Shown here in pieces: positions 18,555-29,314 of a stretch of 64,000 bases of DNA (positions are counted from its first letter, which is position 1; every line of letters begins with the position of its first letter). The stretch spans positions 1,010,034 to 1,074,033 of the forward strand of contig CAVZWW010000003.1 in assembly GCA_963779225.1 (NCBI GenBank), read 5' to 3'. The position numbers were made by a program, and so were the translations under genes. Under the pieces are notes generated by a model that was given only the letters and a program-made list of their open reading frames with translations, was not told where the DNA came from and searched no databases. This DNA is from an uncultured Bacteroidota bacterium (GTDB taxonomy: Bacteria; Bacteroidota; Ignavibacteria; UBA10030; UBA6906).

Positions 18555-20009
18555 ATGAAGCCATTCGTACGGATATGTCTCGTGATTCTGCTTGCGCTTT
18601 CGCTGGCCCAGGTCGCCGGCGCACAGTGGGAATGCCTCTACGTTACGCTGGATAACTCTGCCAACGGAACAGGGAACAGGACCACAGGGGTCGGGGTTAT
18701 CAAAGAAGATATGTTTGTTGCCATGTGTACGAGGCCGGACACATACGCCTACATGATCCCCTACGTCAACGCCGATTCTCTGCTCGGAAGAAAATACTTT
18801 TACGGTTACGGCTCCGAGGCGTACCCCACGGGCACCCTGTATGAAGTATGGACAGACGGCGGGTTCGATCAGGTGACGTTTCTCAATGCCTGGACGATTA
18901 AAGCGCGACCCGACAGCCTGATCTATATCGCCAACAACGATGCCGATCACAATGTGCTGGTGTACAAATATGCCAATGACACTCTCTCCGTCGTGGATCC
19001 GTTCCCCCGTCAGCAGACGGGCAGCAATGGCATCTACGGCCTTGACGTCGACAACAACGGCTATGTCTACGTGTGTATCGACACGACCACCGGCGTGACA
19101 GAAGACCTGAAAGTCTATCGTCCGATCAGCACCTGGACGCCGGGGGGACACACCGATGCACCCATCACCACCATCAACCTCCCGGATGGCGTGTACAAAG
19201 GGGTTGCCGTAAACGCCAATGGCAGCGCGATTTTCATTTCCGACTACGCGAACCGGAAAGTCATCAAGTACACCGGATCGCCGGCAACGGGATATACACT
19301 TGCGCCGGGCTTCTCCTTCAGCCTTGGCCCCCAGGACACTATCAGCGGAACGCCCCCGAAAAATGCAGGCCCCATCGGTCTGGCACATCTCCCCTCGAAG
19401 AACATACTCGCCGTCGTCTCTGACTCTCTCCTGAAGGCCACCGGCGTGCCCTACGGTTATGGACGTATCTATCTGCTCAACGGCAACACCGGGGGGCTGA
19501 TATCGACGGATACAAGCATGAATATGATCGACCAGGCGGCATGGAATCTGGCGATTTCAGGATCATATCAGGCGCAAGGGGCCGGGAATGCTTCCGGGTA
19601 CGCATCGACGATGGATGTGAAATGGGATGAGAATGAGAATCTCTACAGTCAATCGATGTACGGATGGACGATAGAAAAATGGAAGTACAACGGTACGCTT
19701 CCCAGCTTCACCACGAGCGTTGAGCCGGTCGAAGGGTTGCAGCCGACGGGGTACACGCTCTCGCAGAACTATCCGAACCCGTTCAACCCGACAACCACAA
19801 TCGAGTTTTCGCTCCCGCAGTCGGCCTTCGTTACGCTGAAGGTGTTCGATGTGCTGGGACAGGAAGTTGCGCTGCTGGCGAACGAAACAAAAGCTGCAGG
19901 CACGTATCGCGCGACGTTTGACGCACACAACATCCCCAGCGGCACATACTTCTATTCGCTGCAGGCCGGATCGTACAGCGAAGTGAAGAGGATGGTGATT
20001 CTGAAGTAG
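18555..20009 (+). CDS. T9SS type-A cargo, NHL-like beta-propeller, function unknown (tandem paralog 2)
   Basis: AGGAGG SD; colinear with 16792-18276 (WTDGGFDQV, PDSLIY.ANND.DHNVLV.KY, GNASGY); SQNYPNPFNPTT CTD. Confidence 0.87.
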   Translation: MKPFVRICLVILLALSLAQVAGAQWECLYVTLDNSANGTGNRTTGVGVIKEDMFVAMCTRPDTYAYMIPYVNADSLLGRKYFYGYGSEAYPTGTLYEVWTDGGFDQVTFLNAWTIKARPDSLIYIANNDADHNVLVYKYANDTLSVVDPFPRQQTGSNGIYGLDVDNNGYVYVCIDTTTGVTEDLKVYRPISTWTPGGHTDAPITTINLPDGVYKGVAVNANGSAIFISDYANRKVIKYTGSPATGYTLAPGFSFSLGPQDTISGTPPKNAGPIGLAHLPSKNILAVVSDSLLKATGVPYGYGRIYLLNGNTGGLISTDTSMNMIDQAAWNLAISGSYQAQGAGNASGYASTMDVKWDENENLYSQSMYGWTIEKWKYNGTLPSFTTSVEPVEGLQPTGYTLSQNYPNPFNPTTTIEFSLPQSAFVTLKVFDVLGQEVALLANETKAAGTYRATFDAHNIPSGTYFYSLQAGSYSEVKRMVILK

Positions 20010-20095
20010 TATGGCGCGGCAGATCTCGGGGCCTCCGGAGTCAAAGTGCCGGAAGGACCGGGACGATGCATCGTCAGAGATGTTGCAGAATACTC

Positions 20096-20127
20096 CAGCG
20101 AGGTCCCGCCCCGGCGGGACCTCGCTG
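20096..20127 (+). terminator. Strong GC hairpin downstream of the paralog pair (terminator or 3' stabiliser)
   Basis: Perfect stem CAGCGAGGTCCCGC / GCGGGACCTCGCTG with a 4-nt loop; no U-tract. Confidence 0.45.
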
Positions 20128-20402
20128 CGTGTACGCAGGTGCACCCCCGTTCCTATGAGCGCCGGCGATACGAACCGCCATGACCGTTGTCCATTTGCTA
20201 CGACAGTCCGCAAGAGGTCATGGCATCATTCATCCCTCCGAGCAGCGGAAGGACTTCGTGACCGTCATCCATCTGGATCCGGCCGCGTGTACACTGTCGT
20301 GTCTGTCACCCATGTGTCCGTCCGCTCTTTGGTTCCTCATTGAACTTCACGGCATTTTGCCGTAGGTTATTCCGGGAAGCAGAACAGAAAGTGGATTGCA
20401 GG

Positions 20403-22763
20403 ATGAGATCGTTCTTCTCTCTATCGGATGGTTGCTCCTCCGGGTTGCCCGCCATTGCGTGGATCGTGCCTGTCTGGTTGTTCATGGCAGGACCGGCAAT
20501 TGCGCAGGTCGACACCACCACGCATGGCTGGCCCGTTGCGCCGTTCTTCTCGACGCATCCGATCACCGGAGTATTCTGCGAGTTCCGCAATACGCTCACC
20601 AGCGATCATTTCCACAACGGCGTGGATATCCCCAGGGCGGACGGTACTCCGGTCTATCCCGTGTACGACGGAGTGGTGACAGCCATTGGAACAACAGCAA
20701 ATTCGGGGGACAACGCATACGTGCGGGTCAGATATTCCGTCAGCGGTCTCACGAAGAGCGACGCCTACGTCCACATCAACCCCAACCCGCTCCTGTATGT
20801 CGGAGGTCCGGTGGTCGCCTACCAGACGGTACTGGGGACCATTCTGCCGGGGCTCGGGCATACCCACTTCACCCACGGTCTCTCCGGTGCGGAGATGAAT
20901 GCCATCCGCCCGGTGGGAGGATTCACGCCCTACATCGACCTGTACCCGCCCCGCATCATGTCTGTCCGGTTTTTTCTGGACGAATCTTCGACGGAGTTTC
21001 TGGGCGGCCGTCTGAGCGGGCCCGTCGACATCCGCGTGCACATCCAGGAGACCAGCGCCGGCACGCCGTCCGACGTGAGCTCATCCACGTCGAACAACGG
21101 CACGTACATCGTGGGCTACAAAATTCTTTCCGCGGATCGCACAACCGTCGTCTATGAACCTCCCTCCGCCGGCGTCCGGTTCAGGTTTGACCGGCAGCCC
21201 TCAAACAACGACGTTCACCGGGTCTTTGCGTCGGGTTCCGATCTCTCGACCCACATCTATACGATCACCAACGGGAACGGCGCCGATATGGTGAACAGCA
21301 CAAAATCGGTGCCGAACAATTTTTGGAACACCGAGACGTTGCCGGTCGGATCCTATACAGTGATGGTCTTTGCCGAGGACACACGCCGGCTCACCGACAC
21401 GGCGTATCTCCCTGTCACCGTGGAACGCGGTGATCTCGTGGCGCCCGCGCCCCCCGTGTTGAAGGCCGTGCTCAACGACAGTACGAACCGGGTGACGATC
21501 TCCTGGTATCCGAATACGGAACCGGATCTTCTGGGGTACCGCCTCTTCTATTCTCTTGACGGGACGGTGTGGACACAGCGTGACAATGAGACGCGCCTCA
21601 CCCGATTCACCACATCTGTTTCATATGACAACATCAGCGGAGGGAGGACTTTCTTCCGGCTCGCGGCGGTGGACTCCGCGTCCCCCACCAATGTCAGCCA
21701 GTACAGCGATGTGTACGGGCTCCGGCTCAACAGTTCCACAACGAAGACACTGATCGTAGACGGTTTTGACAGGACAGAAGGGTCCGGCAGTTATCATCTG
21801 CCGTCGCACCCGTTTGTGATGACGAATGGATTCTCGGTGGCCGGCGATTTCAGTTCGTGTGCAAACGAGGCGCTTCTGGACGGGTCGGTCGGACTCGGAT
21901 CATATGCCGTGGTACTCTGGGTTCTCGGCGACGAATCCACGTCCGATGAAACCTTCTCCTCTGCAGAACAGGGATTGGTGCAGGTGTTTCTGCAGCACGG
22001 GGGAAAGCTCTGTGTGAGCGGGTCGGAAATCGGATACGATCTGGACAGAACTTCCGGACCCTCACAGGCGGACCGGGATTTCCTGCATGATTTTCTCAAG
22101 ACGGCATATGTGGCCGATGATGCCAACGACCCTACGGCCACAGGAGTATCGGGTTCATTGTTCGAGGGACTCTCGCTGCGATATGGAATCGTGGCCGAAG
22201 GTGCTCCGTATGAAGAGGATTGGCCGGATGTGCTGGCACCGATGAACGGGGCGGGTGCTTCGATGTCGTACGGTGCGAGCGGTACGGCAGGTACCGCCGG
22301 CATCACATTCTCGGGTCTTTTCCCCGGCGGCGTGCGTCCGGGTGCCGTGATGGTTCTGGGCTTTCCGTTCGAGACGATCACGGAGAGAGGAAAACGTGAT
22401 TCACTGATGTCCCGGATATTCACCTTTTTTGGGGGTGTCACGGGGGTGAATCACTCCATTCTGCCTCCCCCTGTTGCGGGCACCTTTGCGCTTGAACAAA
22501 ACTACCCCAACCCGTTCAATCCAACGACGGCGATAAGGTATCAAATCGGTGGGGATGGAGATCGGGGGTCGGGGGCCGGCCATGTGAGGCTGGCGGTCTA
22601 CGATGTTCTGGGCCGCGAAGTGGCACTGCTGGTAGACGAGGTGCAGGAATCGGGGCTTCACGATGTGACATGGGATGCCCGGAATGTCGCGAGCGGTGTC
22701 TACTACTACCGCCTCACAGCCGGATCGTCAGTTGCCGTACGGACGATGACGGTGCTGAAATGA
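20403..22763 (+). CDS. T9SS-secreted M23-family metallo-endopeptidase with FN3-like and alpha/beta accessory domains
   Basis: DHFHNGVDIP (HxxxD), GTPVYPVYDGVV, YVHI and HTHF (HxH); FN3-like VTISWYPNTEPDLLGYRLFY; EQNYPNPFNP CTD; start uncertain. Confidence 0.8.
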   Translation: MRSFFSLSDGCSSGLPAIAWIVPVWLFMAGPAIAQVDTTTHGWPVAPFFSTHPITGVFCEFRNTLTSDHFHNGVDIPRADGTPVYPVYDGVVTAIGTTANSGDNAYVRVRYSVSGLTKSDAYVHINPNPLLYVGGPVVAYQTVLGTILPGLGHTHFTHGLSGAEMNAIRPVGGFTPYIDLYPPRIMSVRFFLDESSTEFLGGRLSGPVDIRVHIQETSAGTPSDVSSSTSNNGTYIVGYKILSADRTTVVYEPPSAGVRFRFDRQPSNNDVHRVFASGSDLSTHIYTITNGNGADMVNSTKSVPNNFWNTETLPVGSYTVMVFAEDTRRLTDTAYLPVTVERGDLVAPAPPVLKAVLNDSTNRVTISWYPNTEPDLLGYRLFYSLDGTVWTQRDNETRLTRFTTSVSYDNISGGRTFFRLAAVDSASPTNVSQYSDVYGLRLNSSTTKTLIVDGFDRTEGSGSYHLPSHPFVMTNGFSVAGDFSSCANEALLDGSVGLGSYAVVLWVLGDESTSDETFSSAEQGLVQVFLQHGGKLCVSGSEIGYDLDRTSGPSQADRDFLHDFLKTAYVADDANDPTATGVSGSLFEGLSLRYGIVAEGAPYEEDWPDVLAPMNGAGASMSYGASGTAGTAGITFSGLFPGGVRPGAVMVLGFPFETITERGKRDSLMSRIFTFFGGVTGVNHSILPPPVAGTFALEQNYPNPFNPTTAIRYQIGGDGDRGSGAGHVRLAVYDVLGREVALLVDEVQESGLHDVTWDARNVASGVYYYRLTAGSSVAVRTMTVLK

Positions 22764-23761
22764 GGACCCTGAAATGCATACCCGGCCTTCTCCTGATGTA
22801 TTTTTCTCTGTTCTCGCCGGCGACAGCGCAGCGGAACGGAGAGGCGTCTGCGAGAGTAACTATCCATGCGGGGGCCAGGAAATGGCCGGAATCCAACCGG
22901 TGGATGGCAACCGTGACGCGGAGCGGGGAAGAGGGGACATACACGTTGGAGAAAGAAGTTCCATACGGTGCGCCCTACCCGGCCATTTTGACCATTGCTC
23001 CTGACGGCCGGAGCCTGGTGGTGGATTCCTTTGACGGGGTGGTGGAATTGTATGACGGTGCGGGCGTCCTTGTTTCCGCATGGAAACCCCTTGGAGAACG
23101 GGGACCGGATCACGAGCGGATTTTGAAATGCCTTCCCGCCAAAGATGGAGTATTGTTCCTCTGTTCTGAACCCGGGTCGGGCAGCGCCCGTTTGATCAGG
23201 ACCGACAAAAGTCTGGAGAGACTCTGGTCTCGAGATCTCTCCGGTCAATCAGCTGGAGAACTGGCGGTGTCGGGGGACGGCAGTATCGTTGCCGTTTGTT
23301 CGTATTCATCCGAACCCGAATTTCTCTTTGAGACGCTGATAATGAATGACGGTGGATCGGTTCTTCGCGCTTTGCCGTCCCTGTTCCGCACGGCAGATTT
23401 TGACGTCACTGATGATCGATACCTTCTGACAGATGGCCGTAGTGTGGTCACCGGCATGCTCCGGGGTGAATCGACCGTTGCCGTGTGGCGTCTTCCGGAG
23501 GGGGAGAATGTTGTAAGTAGTGCCCGCCTGATTCCCGGTGGCGGTTTTGTACTGGTTCTCCAGCGTGTGCAGACAAATGCCGACGGTCTGCTTTATGTAG
23601 AACCGGAACTCCTCGCTTTCGACAGTGCATCTCGGATTATCGGAAGACGAAAACTGGATGGAAAGTCAGAGCGCCAGGCAGCACTTCTTCTGGATTCCGA
23701 TACGATCTCGGTCGTGGTTGGCGAGGCGTCCTTCCAATATCGTCTAAGTGATTTGAAATAA
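22760..23761 (+). CDS. Exported hypothetical protein, possibly a beta-propeller; translationally coupled to the M23 gene
   Basis: ATGA overlap with the upstream stop; signal-like MRTLKCIPGLLLMYFSLFSPATAQ; LAVSGDGSIVAV-type blades. Confidence 0.65.
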   Translation: MRTLKCIPGLLLMYFSLFSPATAQRNGEASARVTIHAGARKWPESNRWMATVTRSGEEGTYTLEKEVPYGAPYPAILTIAPDGRSLVVDSFDGVVELYDGAGVLVSAWKPLGERGPDHERILKCLPAKDGVLFLCSEPGSGSARLIRTDKSLERLWSRDLSGQSAGELAVSGDGSIVAVCSYSSEPEFLFETLIMNDGGSVLRALPSLFRTADFDVTDDRYLLTDGRSVVTGMLRGESTVAVWRLPEGENVVSSARLIPGGGFVLVLQRVQTNADGLLYVEPELLAFDSASRIIGRRKLDGKSERQAALLLDSDTISVVVGEASFQYRLSDLK

Positions 23762-23796
23762 ACAGTTTATGAAGTAAACGGTCCACATTCTTCTTC

Positions 23797-23825
23797 TTGA
23801 CACTTCAGAAGAGGTTTACTATATT
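23797..23825 (+). promoter_or_regulatory. Candidate sigma70 promoter for module 3 (TTGACA-N17-TATATT)
   Basis: TTGACA at 23797-23802, 17-nt spacer, TATATT at 23820-23825, in an AT-rich gap about 120 nt before the TBDR start. Confidence 0.7.
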
Positions 23826-23944
23826 GACTTTACTGATCGCCTTGGGCAGTCCTGGTTTTCTCATGACTTCCTCATCCACAGGCAATCCACAAGTTTCTTC
23901 TTTCCCCGGTTGTTGATCAGCATTCTACTATTTCAGGAGCATTT

Positions 23945-26900
23945 ATGAAGGTGTTTGCTACTCTGTGCACCGCTGCCCTGATCCTCCTCACCACAGTCGC
24001 ATTTTCCGGAACGACCGGCAAGCTTGCCGGGACGGTGAAGGACTCCAAGACGGGCGAACCGCTGCCCAGCGCGAACGTCGTCATCGAAGGAACAACGCTC
24101 GGCGCAGCAACGAATCCTGACGGCTATTTCGCCATTCTCAACATCCCCCCCGGAAGTTACCGTGTTGTGGCGAACCTTGTGGGATACAAACAGGCCTCGG
24201 CGGTCAATGTCCGTGTGGACATCGACCAGACGACCGATCTGAACCTCCGGATGAACGAAGAAGCCATCACCGGCGAAGAAGTGACGGTGGTAGCTTCCCG
24301 GCCGGTGGTGCAGAAGGACGTAGCCGCCAGCCGTGCGAACATTGAAGCGGGCGAAATCCAGAAACTCCCCGTGACAAGCGTGCAGAGCGTGATAACGCTG
24401 CAGGCGGGCATCCAGGGTGATCTGGTGATTCGCGGGGGCGGGAGAGACCAGACCGCATTCGTCATGGATGGCATGATGTTGCGCGACGAGCGTACCAACC
24501 AGCCATTCACAGGAATCAGTCTGAGTTCAATTCAGGACGTGCAGGTTCAAACCGGTGGTTTCAGTGCCGAATACGGAAACATCCGTTCGGGCGTAGTAAA
24601 TGTTGTAACGCGCGAAGGAGGGAGATCGAACTACAGCTTCAATGTCATCGGGCGCTACCGGCCGGCGGCACCGAAGCATTTCGGTGCGTCCATCTATGAT
24701 TTCAACTCGTACTGGGTCCGGCCGTACGTTGACGATGCCGTGGCCTGGACCGGCACCTCGACTTTGGGTTCTGATGGACAGCCGGTGTGGGATCAGTGGA
24801 CACAGGCACAGTATCCGGATTTCGAGGGGTGGAACAGCGTCTCGCAGAAGTTGCTTGCAAGCGGTGTCACTCTCTCTCCGGCGGCGGCACAGGAGGTCTG
24901 GTTGTGGGAGCATAGACGGCAGGCGGAAGTCAACGCCCCCGACTGGGATGTGGATATGGGATTTGGAGGTCCTGTCCCGTTCATTTCCGAGCAATTGGGT
25001 AATCTCCGTTTCTTTGCCTCGTATCGCCAGCAATCCACGCAATACCTTGTTCCTCTTTCCCGGAATGGCTACCAGGAATACAACGGTCAGTTGAAGATCA
25101 CCTCCGACGTCGGACCGGGTATGAAGCTGATGGTCTCCGGCCTGATCGCAAAACTGGATGGCACGAACGACAACAACGTCGGGAATGCGGGGATGTTCCG
25201 CACCGCGTCCGATATCGCCGCGTCACTCACCAGTGCGAACAGTGTTTCCGGCTACGTTGACGCACGGTTCTTCGGGACGGACTACTGGGCCCCGACCACG
25301 ACAAATATCAAGATGTTTGGTGCAAAGTTCTCGCATGCAATCAGCTCATCGACCTTCTACGAAGCAACGGTTCAAACATATTTCCAGGGCACCGATACGA
25401 GCCCGGGAACCCTGAGGGATACGGAGAAGAAGTTCCTCTTCGGGAACAACTACTATGTGGATGTGGCCCCGCTGGGTTATATGCCCTATCCCAGTACGGG
25501 AATTACCGGGTTGCGCATGGGTGTGGGTATGAGCAACTCGCGCGACAGGAGCCGCGTACAGTCGACGAATCTGAGATTTGACATGACCAGTCAGCTGGAC
25601 AAGTACAACCAGGTGAAGGCGGGCCTGGAGTTCAGCTACACGGATAACAATGTCGAATCCTACAATGAAGACATTGTTCTCCCGACCGGCCGTTACGACG
25701 GGAGCTGGCACAACTATCCGCTCCGCGGCGCGCTCTACTTGCAGGACAAGCTGGAATTTGAAGGCATGATTGCCAATCTCGGTGTGCGTGTCGAATACCT
25801 GAATCCGAACGGGGACTGGATCGATTACCAGGAGGATCCATTCAACAGTGTCTTTGCGGGGGGGGATCTCTACCAGGTCTTCCCGGTAATCTCCGCGCCG
25901 GCGACACTGACTGTAAGCCCCCGTCTGGCCATCGCATTCCCCATTTCCGACGAAGCGAAGTTGTTTTTCAACTACGGGCATTTCCGTCAGGTGCCGGATC
26001 CGACCAACGTGTTCATGCTGTCGCGGTACACGGACAACGAACAGGTCCGGAGTATCGCCGATCCCGGAGCGCCATTCCCGATGACCGTCGCCTACGAGCT
26101 TGGTTTTGAGCACAGTCTGCTTGACGAGTATCTGCTCCGCGCAGCCGCGTACTACAAGGATGTTTCCAACCAGGGGAAGACCGTCACGTATGTCGGCCGC
26201 AACTCGCTGGTGAATTATACGCAGCGCACCAGCAATTCGTATCAGGACATCCGCGGTTTCGAGCTTACGGTCAGCAAGAACCGCGGAAAGTGGGTCCAGG
26301 GGTTCATCAACTACACCTACAGTGTTGTTACGGCGGGGTACTTCGGTCTCGGGTACCAATACGAGAGTGCGGCGGACCAGCGGAACTATGAACGGACGAA
26401 CGTGTACCAGGAGAAACCGATTCCGCAGCCGTACGCACGGGCGAACATCGATTTCTTCACGCCGCCGGAATTCGGACCCGAGGTTATCGGCCTGAGCCTC
26501 CTCGGCGACTGGCGTTTGAATTTCATCGGATCCTGGTCTGCCGGCCGCTACGACACATGGGCGGGCGGGGGAACCATCCAGGGGCTGCAGTACAACGTGC
26601 AGTGGAAAGACTACTGGAACGTGGATATGCGTCTCAGCAAGAATTTCCAGTTCGGCAACGCGAACCTGCAGTTCTTCATCGACGTTTCCAATCTCCTGAA
26701 CTTCCGGTACTTCCCCGGGACCTACGGGTTCTTCGGCAATCGTGACTACGACAACTACATGAAGTCACTCCACCTGCCGGAATTTCCCGCGCAATTCGCG
26801 ACGGCGATCGGCTATCAGAATATTGCGGGTGAGGACCGGCCCGGAGAAGTGCGAAAAGAAGGTGTGCCCTACCAGCCGATTGTTGCCCTTCTGCAAATGG

Positions 26901-27127
26901 CCGATCTCGCCAAGCCGGCGAATCAGCAGTCGCGCCCCTTCTATTACGTGGCAGAAGTCAACCGGTACTACCGCTTCGTCAATGGTCAGATGCAGGAAGT
27001 GGACCAGGGGACGCTGGATCAGGTCCTGAAGGACAAAGCGTACATCGACATGCCGAATCAGGAAGCCTTCACCTTCCTGAATCCGCGCAATATCTTCTAC
27101 GGCATTCGTTTGTCGTTCGACTTATGA
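23945..27127 (+). CDS. TonB-dependent receptor with N-terminal carboxypeptidase-regulatory-like domain (module 3; non-SusC type)
   Basis: AGGAG SD; GTTGKLAGTVKD..GEPLPSANV; plug IRGGG..GGFSAEYGNIRSGVVN; ALYLQDKLEF; terminal PRNIFYGIRLSFDL. Confidence 0.92.
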   Translation: MKVFATLCTAALILLTTVAFSGTTGKLAGTVKDSKTGEPLPSANVVIEGTTLGAATNPDGYFAILNIPPGSYRVVANLVGYKQASAVNVRVDIDQTTDLNLRMNEEAITGEEVTVVASRPVVQKDVAASRANIEAGEIQKLPVTSVQSVITLQAGIQGDLVIRGGGRDQTAFVMDGMMLRDERTNQPFTGISLSSIQDVQVQTGGFSAEYGNIRSGVVNVVTREGGRSNYSFNVIGRYRPAAPKHFGASIYDFNSYWVRPYVDDAVAWTGTSTLGSDGQPVWDQWTQAQYPDFEGWNSVSQKLLASGVTLSPAAAQEVWLWEHRRQAEVNAPDWDVDMGFGGPVPFISEQLGNLRFFASYRQQSTQYLVPLSRNGYQEYNGQLKITSDVGPGMKLMVSGLIAKLDGTNDNNVGNAGMFRTASDIAASLTSANSVSGYVDARFFGTDYWAPTTTNIKMFGAKFSHAISSSTFYEATVQTYFQGTDTSPGTLRDTEKKFLFGNNYYVDVAPLGYMPYPSTGITGLRMGVGMSNSRDRSRVQSTNLRFDMTSQLDKYNQVKAGLEFSYTDNNVESYNEDIVLPTGRYDGSWHNYPLRGALYLQDKLEFEGMIANLGVRVEYLNPNGDWIDYQEDPFNSVFAGGDLYQVFPVISAPATLTVSPRLAIAFPISDEAKLFFNYGHFRQVPDPTNVFMLSRYTDNEQVRSIADPGAPFPMTVAYELGFEHSLLDEYLLRAAAYYKDVSNQGKTVTYVGRNSLVNYTQRTSNSYQDIRGFELTVSKNRGKWVQGFINYTYSVVTAGYFGLGYQYESAADQRNYERTNVYQEKPIPQPYARANIDFFTPPEFGPEVIGLSLLGDWRLNFIGSWSAGRYDTWAGGGTIQGLQYNVQWKDYWNVDMRLSKNFQFGNANLQFFIDVSNLLNFRYFPGTYGFFGNRDYDNYMKSLHLPEFPAQFATAIGYQNIAGEDRPGEVRKEGVPYQPIVALLQMADLAKPANQQSRPFYYVAEVNRYYRFVNGQMQEVDQGTLDQVLKDKAYIDMPNQEAFTFLNPRNIFYGIRLSFDL

Positions 27128-27187
27128 GATCGGTTCCGGCTGCAACGGGGACCGTGACAATACTGAGAATTCCTACGTGAGGCAACA

Positions 27188-29297
27188 ATGAAGAATCTCG
27201 TCACTTTCGCAAGCATCGTTCTTCTTCTCGTGCTTGCCCCTTCGGCGTCCCGTGCGCAGGGTTATGAAACCCAGTGGATGTCCGTGGGTTCGTTGCATAA
27301 CTGGTATGCGAACATGGGATGCGAGAAAGAAGAAGGGCATGCGCTGAAACAGCAAGACGGTCTGCAGTGGGAGGCGATCTACCTCAACCAGGACATGCAG
27401 GCCGCGAAAGGACTCTGGATCGGGACGACAAATTTCCAGGACGCGGACGGCACGGTGTATCCCAAGAAAGTCATCACCAACGGGCCGCGGTATAGCGGGA
27501 ACAACGTCTTCTTCCCCCAGAAATTCGAATTGGTATCGAAGTTCGATCCGCCTGTCGTTAGCGTCGATGGGGTCCTTTCATACGGAAAGCTGGTGGATGT
27601 GAAGCGGGTGGATCCCGCGATCACCGGTGACCGGATGATCATTAATGAAGTGACCACCTCGATCGGCCTGAAAATGATCAGGAAGATCTTTCAGTTCAGC
27701 CAGGAGTACCACGATGACTATATCGTGAGCGACTACCGCTTCATCAATGAATCCGGGAAGCGTCTGGATTCGGTGACGGTGTATTTCCAGTACCGGTTGT
27801 CGGTGTGCGCCACCACGCGATATGTGATCGGCAATGCCACCGGCTGGGGGATCAATGCCATGCTCGACACGCGCGGGGATGGAGTGAAGAATGACGCTGA
27901 CGACGCGGTGACTGTGCCGGGTGTCTACAGTGCCCCGCACATGCGCATCCAGTATGTGTATCATGGCAAGTATCCGGGCTTCACCTCCTATGACAATCTT
28001 GGGGGACCTATCTGGGTTCCCGCATCCGTCGCCAATTACGGAGACCCCGCCGACACGGTGGGGCGCCTGGGTGCCGCGCAGTTCGTGGGGGTTGCCACAC
28101 TGCACGCCGACAGGTCGGCTACGGACACCACCGATGACCTGGCGCAGCCGTCGACCACATCATTTGAGGGTTCGGACGAATCGCTGCAGCAGCCGGATGC
28201 CGACATGTTCAACGCGCCCCGTATGGCGGCCAAATGGGATTGGATGACGAAAGGTCACGTCAACCCGCGGCATGCCGACAAAGTGGAGCCGGCAGGGAAA
28301 ATTCAGCGAACCGACAGGGGATCCGGCGCTTGGCACGCCGGGAGGATTTTCCAATGCCAACGGATACGGGCCCTACACGCTTGAACCCGGGCAGGCTTTT
28401 CATATCGTGATGGCCGAGGGGGCTTCGGCGTTGAGCCGGGAGAAGCAAATTTCCGTGGGACGTGCGTACAAAGCTGCACCCAGCCCCGCCACCGCCAAGA
28501 TCAAGAATGAAGCCTTTTTGACAGGAAAGGACTCTCTCTTCCAGGTATTCCGCCGGGCGATAGCCAACTTCAAGACGGGTTGGCAGCTTGCCGAGGCGCC
28601 GCGTCCCCCGAAAGTGTTCACCGTAACATCGCAGGGAGACAAGATCGCCCTCTCCTGGGATCTGTACGACCCGGGAGACCCGAACGTCAAGGGATTCCGT
28701 CTGTACCGTACCGTGGGAAAGTATGACGCCCCCGACACTCTTATCGCCGATCTCCCCGGTTCAGCCCGCGGGTACAACGATGTGAGCGCCGTCCGCGGCC
28801 AGCAGTATTTCTATTACCTTCTCGTTGTCGGTGATCCGGCCTCCAACACCGGAGGAGCCCTGACGCCTCCGGGGATTGCCCTTACGAGCAGCCGGTATTA
28901 TGCCCAGACCTTCGACCCCGCATATCTGCGGCGCCAGGCGGGTGACCAGGACACCACAAATACGTGGGGCCCTGACAAGAACGGCCCCTGGACGATGAAT
29001 GACATCCGCATTGTTCCGAATCCCTACAGCATCAGTTCCAATCCCTCGACGCTCAGGTTTTCCGAGGCGCCTGACCGGATCTTTTTCTTCAACATCCCCG
29101 GCTACTGCAAGATCAGAATCTTCACGGAGCTGGGTGAACTGGTCAAGGAAATCGACCACACGAACGGGAGCGGGGACGAATACTGGAACTCCATTACGTC
29201 TTCCAACCAGGTGGTGGTCAGCGGCATCTACATCGTGGTGTTTGAGAACACCAACACCGGGGAGCGGGTGATCAAGAAATTGTCCGTGATTCGCTAA
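27188..29297 (+). CDS. TBDR-partner protein (module 3) with variant T9SS CTD; split by one extra base near 28295-28301 (702 aa when repaired)
   Basis: ORFs 27188-28384 and 28272-29297 join as ..KVEPAGK|FSEPTGDP.. if one base is removed from GGGAAAA; FQFSQEYHDDYIV, GYGPYTLEPG, FN3-like domain and IRIVPNPY..FFNIPGYCKIRIFTELGELV CTD match partners 1 and 2. Confidence 0.8.
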
Positions 29298-29314
29298 CGA
29301 GAATCGGGGTTGCC

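Noticed and set aside
20011-20343. 110-aa ORF and the 14-bp palindrome GACGATGCATCGTC (20062-20075) in the spacer
   Set aside because: The ORF has no SD or motif and spans a strong hairpin; the palindrome is a single occurrence with no promoter context
13643-27127. Calling the receptors SusC and the downstream genes SusD
   Set aside because: No SusC plug signature; the partners lack a lipobox and SusD/TPR features and instead end in T9SS-like CTDs
28295-28301. Programmed -1 frameshift at G GGA AAA
   Set aside because: Joining the two ORFs needs a +1 shift, and the heptamer is not in the required phase of the upstream ORF
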